A stretch of DNA of 64,000 nucleotides, taken from contig CM022677.1 in the NCBI GenBank assembly GCA_012295275.1, positions 992,001 through 1,056,000 of the forward strand, in the 5' to 3' direction. Position 1 is the stretch's first letter, and each line of letters begins with the position of its first letter. The notes beneath the pieces were generated by a model. That model made no database searches, was not told the DNA's origin, and saw nothing but the letters and a program-made list of their open reading frames with translations. This DNA is from Chrysomallon squamiferum. Taxonomy: Eukaryota > Animalia > Mollusca. The position numbers and the translations under genes were made by a program. This document shows, piece after piece, positions 50,144 through 64,000 of the stretch.

Positions 50144-51052
50144 ATAATACTATTATCTTCTAGTGTAATTTAGATTTACTTAGATAGTGAAACAAAAAAC
50201 ATTACTTTTAGATTGTTTTATTTTTATTTATCGAGGGAGCGCATCCCAATACGTTTCTTAATCGATAACAGCTCTTTGAAAGTTTATAAACAAAACGGGA
50301 AAAGGAAAATCACATTAAACGTTTAAATCAGATCCAGCGAGACGTCACTCCATTTCATGTTTAATACTCGTTACTTCAAGTCGAAATAATCCCCAGTGGG
50401 ATTCGCTTCACGATTCCATTGCATATAAATTTGTTTTATGTCAGTTTTCATTACTGAAAGATCTTTCTGAAAGGCAAATTATTATTATTAATTTTTTTTT
50501 TTTTTTTTTTAAGGAAAATAAAAAAATAAAAAAAAATAAAAAAAATTGTATTTGAAGAAATGAAAACGTAAGGAATTAACTGCAGCGTATTAAAGTCCAA
50601 TGTTGAGGTGAAGGATTTGAAATTAACCTTCAAAAAGCATTTCATTACAAAACACAGAAGAAAAAAATAGTTTTTTTAAAACTTTTAAAAAGTCAGCAGA
50701 AGTCTGTTTTGTATCAGTTAACTTCAACCTTAAAAAAATATTTATATAAAAAAAAAAAAAAAAAAAAATAGAAAAAATAGAAAAAAGAATAGTCTGAGAG
50801 GATAATTTGGAGTTGAATTCTGCTCTTTGAAAAATCTATAAAACGAGAAAGGAAGATAAGGAAGACGAAAATTAAGGGGGATAAATAAAAATAAATAAAA
50901 TCTCGAGGTTACGCAATCAAATTATTGTTTTGAATCGTTCTCGTCTCTTTATTCAGGAGACCTGCTGCTACATTCACACGGAAATTGTTTAACACTGACA
51001 GTGTTGTGACATAGCTGTAACAATATACTAACTTTCACATGCACTGTTCTCA

Positions 51053-51143
<91 letters not shown>

Positions 51144-51602
51144 ACAAGCACGAGTATTGTAAAAGTACTATGGCAGCTGTTGCAAATAATCAGTTTTCAT
51201 TTACCGAATAATGGCTAAGCCAAGCAACACGCAGTGGGGGGGGGGTGTACAGTCAACGTGCTGAGGTCAAGTCGTACACGAAGCTGTAGTAGCTGTCAGA
51301 CACAGTACGTTAATGAAATACATAGTCTCCTCGTTCTGTGTGAAAACAAAAATTATTATTTTTTATTTATTTTGACATTATAACTAATAGTTATAGCAAA
51401 CAGTGATGTAGGAAACAGGGAGAACACAAATTAAAAATTAAAAAATAATAGAAAATAAAACAAATAATAATAATAAAACATCTTCCATAATTATAATTAT
51501 CATTATTTATTATTATTATTGTTGTTGTTGTTGTTGTTGTTGTTGTTATTACTATTATCATAATTATTATTATTATATTGTTATGATTATTTTTGTTGTT
51601 GC

Positions 51603-51633
<31 letters not shown>

Positions 51634-51699
51634 GTTGTTGTTGTTACTATTATCATAATTATTATTATTATATTGTTATGATTATTTTTGTTGTTGCTG

Positions 51700-51735
<36 letters not shown>

Positions 51736-52122
51736 TTCATTTTTATTACTCGGACTGAATTGCGCGTGCTGCTGTTTCTTGTGTATACTAATGATTCTTG
51801 TAAATGCAAAAGACGTAGCAGTTTATTAAGATATGTCTGTATGTGTGTACGTCTGAATATAAACATCTCCATTCTACTGTAAATATTAAGAAAAAAAAAA
51901 CTAATGGAAACAAGCGTGTCCTTTGAAATTTAACAGAAAAGATAACAGCAGAACTCTGTAATCGGGTTTGCTCTTTCACAGACACTGATAAACTCAGACA
52001 AATAACACAGACTTATTTATAACTTCCTGACATACTTGCCACAGGAGATAAAATTAATGTTATTATTAATCTTAAAATTGATTCTTGTCCGATTATATTT
52101 TTTATCTCTATATGTTAGTTTG

Positions 52123-52153
<31 letters not shown>

Positions 52154-52725
52154 GTATGTATGAATGCATGTATATATGCGTGTATGTATGCGTGTTCGTA
52201 TGTATGTATGTTTGTAGTTTGTATGTACGTGTTTGTACATGTATGTATGTAAATATGTATGTTTGTGTTTGTGTTTGTGTTTGTGTGTGTGTGTCTGTGT
52301 TTTTTTTATATTATTGTAATTTATTAATGTGATGGATGTTAACAGCAAGTAAACATATTTATATAAATATTCAAAATGTTTTATTTTAACAGTGGCTCAC
52401 ACTCTGCGCAGTAACGTGGCAGACATACCTTTGTCTTTTCTACAGTTAAAAGGATCTGTAGGAACACCACAACACTCGTTCACCAAACAAATGATACTTC
52501 GTAAAAGTAAAAGCAAATATTCAGCTTGTTAAGTATGAAAGACTTTTCCTTGTAAGATGTCGCCGAGTGAAATTGAAAATAAATAATTTGTACATTTTTT
52601 TTTTTGCGAATACAAATGTGGCACCACTCATTTGGAATATAATAGATCCATTGGTTTTATCTGGGTTTTTTTCGGTTGTTGTTTTTCTCCCCCGGAATGA
52701 CAGAAGACGAGTTAGCACAGTTACA

Positions 52726-53094
52726 TCAAAGTATGAGTCGAACGAAGGAGTAGAGAAGAACAAGGAGTATCAGCAGACAGGAGACTGATAAAATCAAAGT
52801 TAGTTTTCTTCTGCTTGCTTCCAGCTGAAGAGAATCAGAATCAGGGAATTTCTTGTTGTCCGCTGTGGAAGATCGTCGTCTGCTGGAAGAATTGTACGCA
52901 GCGATGTCCTGCGAGGCGTCGGGCGACGACATGCGCCGCTCAGTTTCAGGAATGGACAGAAACACGCCGGAGGTGCTCATGTTAGACCCTCTTCTCTTCA
53001 CGTTGTCGGTGAACGCGGGTTTCGCCACCCCCCCGAGGCAGACGCTGGCCCTGCGCCTCGCCTCTTGGCTCGTCCGGACCTGATTTCTCAACAT
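52726..53094 (-). CDS. Uncharacterised ~122-aa tail-anchored membrane protein with multiple RRxS (PKA-type) sites
   Basis: GC-richer ORF in an AT-rich background: MLRNQVRTSQEARRRASV...KRRGS...ERRMSS...RRRSST...RRKLTLILSVSCLLILLVLLYSFVRLIL*. It has a single C-terminal hydrophobic helix. There is an upstream AG acceptor at 53117 and a GTGAGT donor at 53385 for an upstream exon, which holds in-frame ATGs at 53456 and 53468 that could add a Cys-rich N-terminus. Confidence 0.7.
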   Translation of the reverse strand: MLRNQVRTSQEARRRASVCLGGVAKPAFTDNVKRRGSNMSTSGVFLSIPETERRMSSPDASQDIAAYNSSSRRRSSTADNKKFPDSDSLQLEASRRKLTLILSVSCLLILLVLLYSFVRLIL

Positions 53095-55541
53095 GTCGAC
53101 AAAGTCCAAACAGCAGCTTAAACAGTGGTTGATATTAAATCCACATTTATTTTCTTATTTACTATTATATTTTAAATATAACTTTGTATATGTTAATTTT
53201 TTTAATATCGTTCCTGTCTTTTCTTTTTACATTCAGTATAACAATTTTAAAATGATGAATTTGTTGGGTTTTTTTTGAGCGTTTTGTTCCTGTCGTGTTT
53301 TTAATCACATTACCACTAATTTCAGTTGTATCATGTGTTTTGCGCTAACAAGACTCCTTACAAGACAACTAGCGTATTTACTCACTATTTTGTAGTTTCT
53401 GTGGTAACGTGGCAACATCCTTGCGAGTGAAAATAGTCTGAACATTCAACAAGCATTATCTTTAACATTAAATTTCCGATCTTCGAAAACAAGCTAGAAA
53501 ATTAAAACCGAAAGACAGAAATGCGTGAGCCGAGCGAATCTGATGCACAGTTCCAGTGAGATGGTTGTTTGTACTGGAGCTTGACGAAAGTCCACGTTAA
53601 CAGTTCACTTTGATAGCCAAGCTTTGCAGTAAACAGCTACAAATAGTGCAGTGATGTGGGGGCTTAACTCTCCGATGATGAAAATTTTGATTTTCACTGG
53701 ACGAAAATTATCCACAGCTTCCAGTAGCGACTTATTTTATTTTGCCACTTTATTAGATTCCGTTACTTGTTTGTCAGAACAGGTCGCGCCGTCTCGCAGT
53801 CCACTGATGTATTTGTCGTCTGCTACCAGCAGTAACAGCTGTCACGTGCTCCTGATAGCGGGTCAATAATTAATCGGTATTCGGTTATTCTGCACTTACT
53901 GTTTTATAAAAACAGTTTAGAAATAGACATGTATTTTTAATTAACAGGAGAATAATGCCTATCCTCTTTGATCCGCAGGGAATCCCCATAACCAAACCCC
54001 AAAGCCTTGGAATCATTACCTTTATATATTAGTATCGATTTTGATCTGTGTGTTACACCGAACAGGCAATTGTTAGTGTTACACGTGGCAATTTTGTGAC
54101 AGAAATTAAACGAGTAATCAGCTTGGTATTACACACTTCGCTGTCTGAATTCTCTTCTAGCAAGAATCGGCCTTGACATGTGATCCTCTCAACTGAAATT
54201 TATTTATAAACGATTATTTTCTGCTGTAGGTTTTATAACTGAAAATTAATAATACCTGTTTCACTTCTTTAAGTGAAAATTTAATGGGAATAGTTACAAT
54301 TTTTCCAACAGCTCTTTGGGAGCGAATGAAAGTAGCAAATGTAACTAAAACCATAGATGAAACATACTTGTAATTAAACAATATTCATCGTTCCGTAACA
54401 ACAACTACAAAAGGATCACATTTATTTCTAATTCTAGGGATACAGAATCGTATTGTTGTAAGTGTACCTTAATTAATTTAGTTTGCACCTGGATTATTTT
54501 AAACAAATAAATAAATAGCTACATCAAACTGCTTTTGTTTTGTTATTTGACGTTTTTACCAGATATTAAACAGTCAACGGCTGGAATAAAAAATTAAAAA
54601 AAATAAAATAAAAAAACGTAGAAGGGAAAAATATTCAGAAATACGAAATTCTTTATTTATTTTATTTTTATTTTTTATTTTTTTTTTTACAATGAAAAAA
54701 CTCAGAAATACATTTCTATTTAAAAAAAGAAACTTTTCTGTTAAAAAATATCAAAAATGTTACTGAAATGCACGATCAACTTTGAAAATAAAAAATGTAT
54801 TATAGTGTTATTTTAACATTCCTTTTTTTATAATCTCCCTTTTATGACGTTCAAAGCAAATGTAACAACTTTGTTTGAATTGGTAAAAGCTCATTAAAAA
54901 CCTGACGATTGATTCTGACCACAAACGACGAAAATTCAAATAGAGAAAGATGAACAGAGATGTCGTTACCATCAAGAAAGTAATATTTGCCAATCGCTCA
55001 TATTTCTTTTCACTGCAGTGTCTCCATAACTTGCTTTCTCCTTCAACCTCCTCTCTGAAGCAAATGATTTGCCTTATTTAGCAACACTGGCCTTTTTTCC
55101 TAGCAATCAATCTCAAGTGCCTTCAGCGACATCACCAGACATATCTGAAATACCATTAAACCTTCACGTTTCAGAGGCTTTTTCATCTTCCATCATGTCA
55201 CATCGTCTGATGCACTCTGTCCTGCATTTTTCAGTTGTACAGACAATTGTCTAAAACTGTATCTTTTATTTCTTAGCACCATTCTTCTCAGTTGTTTAGA
55301 AATCTACCTGTTCCTGTTTACCCACAACCTTCCTAATTAGTTTTCTTTACTCTCACCTATAATTCACTTGACAATATTTTGCAGGTTACTGCACGAGTCT
55401 GCATGCACAAACAATGGACCTTTATCTGATAACATTATAAATATTTGACTTCCTGCTTGTGAAAACTCATCAAAATGATATACACTTTTCTCCTGTGTGC
55501 AGCGTTTGCAGACGTTCAGTACAGAGGGAGGTTATAGTTGT

Positions 55542-55560
55542 TGACCACTAGGGGGCAGCA
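55542..55560 (+). promoter_or_regulatory. CTCF-type binding motif
   Basis: TGACCACTAGGGGGCAGCA closely matches the CTCF core consensus (CCASYAGRKGGCR). It lies between the 3' end of KRTCAP2 and the upstream region of the tail-anchored protein gene. Confidence 0.6.
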
Positions 55561-55894
55561 CAGCTTCAAATCAAACTGCTGTTTTTCAGCAAATCCATTC
55601 TTTTCTTTAGTATTAAAAACAAATAATTTTCTATTTCTGTAACAACATTTCCTTTATCTCCTGTATGGTCTATAAATAAACATTCATACATTTTGACATA
55701 TTTTTGGTATTAAAATAGCATTAACACACAATAAATGAGATGAAACCTGCTCCAGTAACAATAATACATCACTCATGTCTTTTACAATTTAAAATATAAG
55801 CATTTGAAGGAACAATGAAGACAGAACTGTTTTATTTTTTTAATGTTTTGTTAAGTGTATAAATGATTTGTTATGAAATTGTTCTGTTCAAAGT

Positions 55895-56368
55895 TCATCT
55901 CTTTTTCTTGGCGGGTGTTGGGGCTGTTGCCACGACAACTGTGTAGAACGACTGAGAAATCTTGTTTATATAATACAGAGCAACCAGAGAGAAAATGAAA
56001 CTGAAAAACAAAATTAGACAACTTCATAAAACATGTTTAAACTTTCAGTGGTTATATTGTTTTGTATTAAAAATGTAACACTTTAGCTTTTTAGTGTACA
56101 GCAGCTCAAGACAGCAACAACCTGGTAACATAACATTCACAACAACACAGCAAATCAGTTATCAAACTGATCACGGTTTGACAGCTCTCTACACAAACAT
56201 TATCATTACTATATTTATCATTTATACAAATTTTACTGTAGGCTTCTTTATCTGACATGGAAAGAAAGCAGCTATCAAATAATTTATATACCTAATCCAT
56301 TGCTAATCAGTAACAGTGACATAGTGCTGATAGCAAACACTACTAACACAGACAAATTATTGTGGGTG

Positions 56369-56400
<32 letters not shown>

Positions 56401-57216
56401 GAGTTAAAAAAGACTCACCAGGTAGTCACACACACCCTGTGAACAAGACCAGATGAAAACATTGCTATCAGTAGACATCCTACAACTGAAAATTGTAAAA
56501 ACATTTAGAGGCAATTTATTCTTGAATTAAAAATTGAATTTAAAATTATTCGATAAATTTTTGATAATGTAAGAAAAGACACAATGGCTCACATTGGAGA
56601 GGATAATTACATGTGAAATATCACAAACTCTTAAATGAAAGATAAAATATTCTCATATAAATAAAATATTTTTTCAGTTTGTTTAATTTAATTAATTTAA
56701 AAAAATATATGTTATAAATTCTTAAAAATTAAACATCAACATAATACACTCATTTAAAAATATCTAAAAAACTAATTTATTAACACAATAACAGCTGTCT
56801 GCTTTCTTTCTCAGGTATGTTAAACAAAAATTAAAATCAAAATATAAATAAATTTCTAAACATTGTTTATAAAAATTATAAACACTAATTGTTATGAACT
56901 CTGTAATATTTAGTATTCACCTTCTGGAAACAATTTTGTGTGAAATCCCTTGCCAAACACAGCTGTCTCCATATTACCAACTGCCTTTTAACAGTCAAGG
57001 AAAAAGAAAGCAATTTTTTTTTTTTTTTTCATACATTTCAATTTATATGTGTGTATATATGTATGAAGGTATGTGTATGTGTTTGTATGTATGTATGTAG
57101 GGAGAGAGAGACTGTAAATAACATGATAAAAAATATTTTTAATTTGTACAAATATTTTTTAAAATATCAAATAAATAATACATATGTGTGATCAAATAAT
57201 TTTGTTTTACATATTT

Positions 57217-57273
<57 letters not shown>

Positions 57274-57803
57274 GTTTCCATTCACATATTACAGGTAAAG
57301 GATACAGTTAAAAGCATTATGAAAAAAAGTGATCCAACGAATCCCCCTAAAACTGTCAGATATTCAGTTGATGCTAATTGTTGTTTGAACATTTGCATTC
57401 CTGCAAAAATGGATATTGTCAACGTGGCTGACACAATGAATGACGGTCCACTTGAAAGTGCTGAAAATAAATAAATAAATAAATAAATAAATTAATTGTT
57501 ATATAATGCAAATATTCTTGAATTAGTTCTTGGAGTTTGGGTTTTTCTTTTTTCAATATTCTTGCTTAGTTCTTACATCTGATTTAGTTATAGCTGATGC
57601 CAGATTATCATGAAATTATGAGTCAAACGGAAACAGACACTATTGTAATTATTTTTTAAATTAGAGTTTACATACAATGTATAGCTAATTTAGACTGCAT
57701 AGGAAACTGATCAAAGAAACGATCCCAGAGATGAAGAGAATGAGAAAGAGAGAGAGAAAAAAAATGGTTTGCTATAAAAAGACAAGTTTAAAACTTTACC
57801 CAT
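55895..57803 (-). CDS. KRTCAP2: Keratinocyte-associated protein 2 (KCP2, oligosaccharyltransferase complex subunit), 5 coding exons
   Basis: Exons (minus): 57800-57803, 57306-57460, 56921-56984, 56419-56485, 55895-56000. Product: [149 protein letters not shown].FPE and [12 protein letters not shown] are KRTCAP2 hallmarks. The C-terminus is a di-lysine ER-retrieval-type tail. Confidence 0.95.
56985..57305 (-). other. U12-type (minor spliceosome) GT-AG intron of KRTCAP2
   Basis: The 5' splice site reads GTATCCTTT (57305-57297, minus), and a TTTTTCCTTGAC branch point (57005-56994) lies about 10 nt before the AG with no polypyrimidine tract between. Both are U12 consensus signals. Confidence 0.9.
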
Positions 57804-59403
57804 TTTGTGTTTGACACGAATAACTTCCGATGATGTGTGCGCAAAAGACGGTGCGTACAAAATCAAGGTTGGTTACGTCTAAAATGCGGACCACAATGGC
57901 TTTTAAAGGACTATATGCTGTTTGTATGTTAAAACAATTTGTTTTGCTTTAATCTGGTTTAAAAGGATCTGTTCAGCATTAAATAAATAATTAATTACTT
58001 TAACTTTTGGGAGATAAGAGCAATACTGAGAATCTAGTAGAATCTCAAGTGACTGTATTTCGGTAATGTAAAAGTTATAGCTTGTTATGGGTCATACAGC
58101 AAATTCGGGGTTGACGGTCTGCTGTTACAAAACGTATCATCTCAGTCATGTCTGTTAACAGAACTGTTTAATCGACTACACTAGTACTGTAAGCAGGGGC
58201 GGACCATATGAAAAAATGAAGCTTAAACTGCAGGGCACCTAATCCAGCTGGGTCCCAGAAACCACTTTAATCCACACAGCTTAAACATTTTAACCCATAT
58301 ATGAGATTTTTAAAAAACAAAGGGTCATCTGTCATGGAGAAAAATCGACTGAAGAACATGGCAGTGGATACCCAGACTCGTTGTTGCTTGTTAAGGACCC
58401 ACATAACGGTTCACACTTCTGCAGATCCACCACTGATCATAAGTGATTAGCTGTAAACACTGGCTTATTTTCTTTTCCAGACAGTGACCCTCCAACAAGA
58501 GATGTAGCAGTTGTATAACAAATAAAATAAAATAAAATAAAAGGCGTTTCCTTGTACTGAACGTAGCTGCATTAACTATTACTGACAACTAACCTACTTA
58601 TTTCAATTCAAGTTTCATTTCAATACACAGTTCAGTAAGATGTTTTGATGAATGAGACACAATAAATAACAGGTCTTTAAAAATGTATGCGTGGACTAGC
58701 TAAATTTCGTAGCTGTGCATCAAACACGATGTTTTTGTAATATTAAAAAGATATATTATATAATCTTGTCACTTTTTATTTTCCAAAGTATTTATTAAGT
58801 AAGATAGGAAGACAAAAGGACGTTTCAGTCAGAATGACACTTAAATTATTATTGCGAATTTGTAATTACTGATCATAATTTATTATTGTTGTCATTCTTT
58901 AGTCATTTAATTATCTATTTCGAGACCAGTTATAACATCGATTACAACATTAAAATGGACTTTGATACACATTCAAAATTACGTCGATAACTCATGAGTC
59001 AGGTATGGAGTACTCTGCTGTCTACTTTTTGACACGCACACACACAAACACATACGGGAATGTTTGTCAGTGTCAAGTAGTTATTATTTACTTACATATT
59101 GGCCAATATAGTATTGTGAAGTATTATCGTAAGCGCCATGACTTACATCTATTAATTGGAGGTACTACTACATTTAGTAAAGTTATAGTTTCTGTAAATA
59201 TCAAAATTTTGTTCTAAAAATCATAATAATGATAATAAGAAAGTCAAAGGATATAAAACATTTTACAGTAATAATAACAACATAATCATTTCCATGTGAC
59301 ACTTAAACAACCTATAAACAATTTAATTTAATATTTGAATCAAAAAGAACGTGACTAGGTCTGGCTTTCTTTTCACCCATTTAGATTATTCATTTTATAT
59401 TTA

Positions 59404-59440
<37 letters not shown>

Positions 59441-59627
59441 GCGTTTATCAGATGGCGCTGCTACAGAGAAACAGAGTGATGTCCCATGTTTCACAACTTT
59501 TGTTTTACTTGCAAGGATGTATGAACCAGGTTTTTGTGTTAAAACGGAATTATCGTGGCATATCATTGTAAAATAAATGCGAACCTCATCTTTATGTGTG
59601 TCTGTATTGTCACGTTATTTTAACAGG
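57804..59627. promoter_or_regulatory. Divergent (head-to-head) promoter region of KRTCAP2 and NUDT12
   Basis: The two genes point away from each other and CpGs are visibly more frequent here than in the gene bodies. ETS-like ACTTCCG near 57823; AGATGGCG near 59450; probable NUDT12 non-coding first exon ending CAG|GTATGA at about 59626. Confidence 0.5.
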
Positions 59628-60304
59628 TATGAATACTGATGACTGTGACCGTGCGTACTCAAAATTTTAATTACTGTAACATTAACAAGGACTTAATCTC
59701 GATTATATGCGAACTAAATGTAGCACGTATACACAGTAATTAAAATAAATTGTATATAGCGGGAAATCCTGAGAGGTGGGATGCTAAAATTAGTATTTGT
59801 TCATCGTTTTCAATTGTGACAAGTATTTTTCGTTCATGTGGCCTCTGTCGATGTGTTTCATCTTGGAGAAAATCAGCCTCTGCTGATGCATTTAGTTATT
59901 ATTAAATACATTAAACAGACACTGTTATTTCAACACTGTTGGCAGTGAAGAAGTTTAATCTGTTTGTTAAAAGATGCGAGAAGCTTGTAATGTTTCATGC
60001 ACGTGACTGAATTAATTCAACCTTTTTTAAAGTGAAGAAGGTATAATTTTATACTTAAGCTTTTTCATAAATAAAATAACTTTTTCGCTTAATCTCTGCA
60101 GATTCAAGATTCACCTGGTGGCAGAAGCCTCAGTATTTAATCAGTTATTAGGTGGCAATAGCATGGATACTCTTTTTGCAAATAACATAGAAAAACTAAA
60201 TTTTCTGTCAATTTATTGGACATATGATATAAAATTACTGTTATATTATTATCGTTGTTGTTGTTGTTGTTATTGTTTTGTTTTATTTTATTTTTAATTT
60301 TAGA

Positions 60305-63842
<3,538 letters not shown>

Positions 63843-63858
<16 letters not shown>

Positions 63859-64000
63859 CACACTAAAACAGACTTCATTCACCTCCAAACTGTAACACAC
63901 TAAAACAGACTTCATTCACCTCCAACCTGTAACACACTAAAACAGACTTCATTCACCTCCAACCTGTAACACGCTGAAACAGACTTCATTCACCTCCAAC
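63843..64000 (+). repeat. 37-bp tandem repeat (>4 copies, runs off the window) containing the last four NUDT12 codons and the stop
   Basis: Unit CACCTCCAACCTGTAACACACTAAAACAGACTTCATT starting at 63843, 63880, 63917, 63954 and 63991. Confidence 0.95.

Noticed and set aside
52567-53083. Plus-strand ORFs overlapping the orphan gene
   Set aside because: Antisense shadows lacking ATG starts and splice support; the minus-strand frame has a coherent motif and TM architecture.

Overview
AT-rich, microsatellite-dense animal genomic DNA. The intron style and patchy CpG depletion suggest a lophotrochozoan-type invertebrate, but this is inference. Five protein-coding genes were reconstructed by hand from GT-AG exons. 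(1) The 3' part of SKIC3/TTC37 (Ski complex TPR protein; +, <1..16517). (2) A divergent villin/advillin-like gene with six gelsolin repeats and a headpiece (+, 22468..48357). (3) An orphan tail-anchored membrane protein with four PKA-type RRxS sites (-, 52726..53094). (4) KRTCAP2, an OST subunit carrying a clear U12-type minor intron (-, 55895..57803). (5) NUDT12, an NAD-cap/NADH pyrophosphatase ending in PTS1-like SNL (+, 60305..63858). The most striking unexplained structure is that unrelated minisatellites repeatedly sit on exon boundaries and amplify the splice site itself (or the stop codon) together with adjacent exon bases, giving arrays of 2-22 decoy splice sites. In one SKIC3 array the canonical acceptor is missing, and a newly born intron flanked by a 14-nt micro-exon would restore the reading frame, although assembly error is a real alternative. 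Also seen: a Tigger-like transposase remnant, a strong CTCF-type motif, and a probable homopolymer sequencing frameshift in SKIC3.
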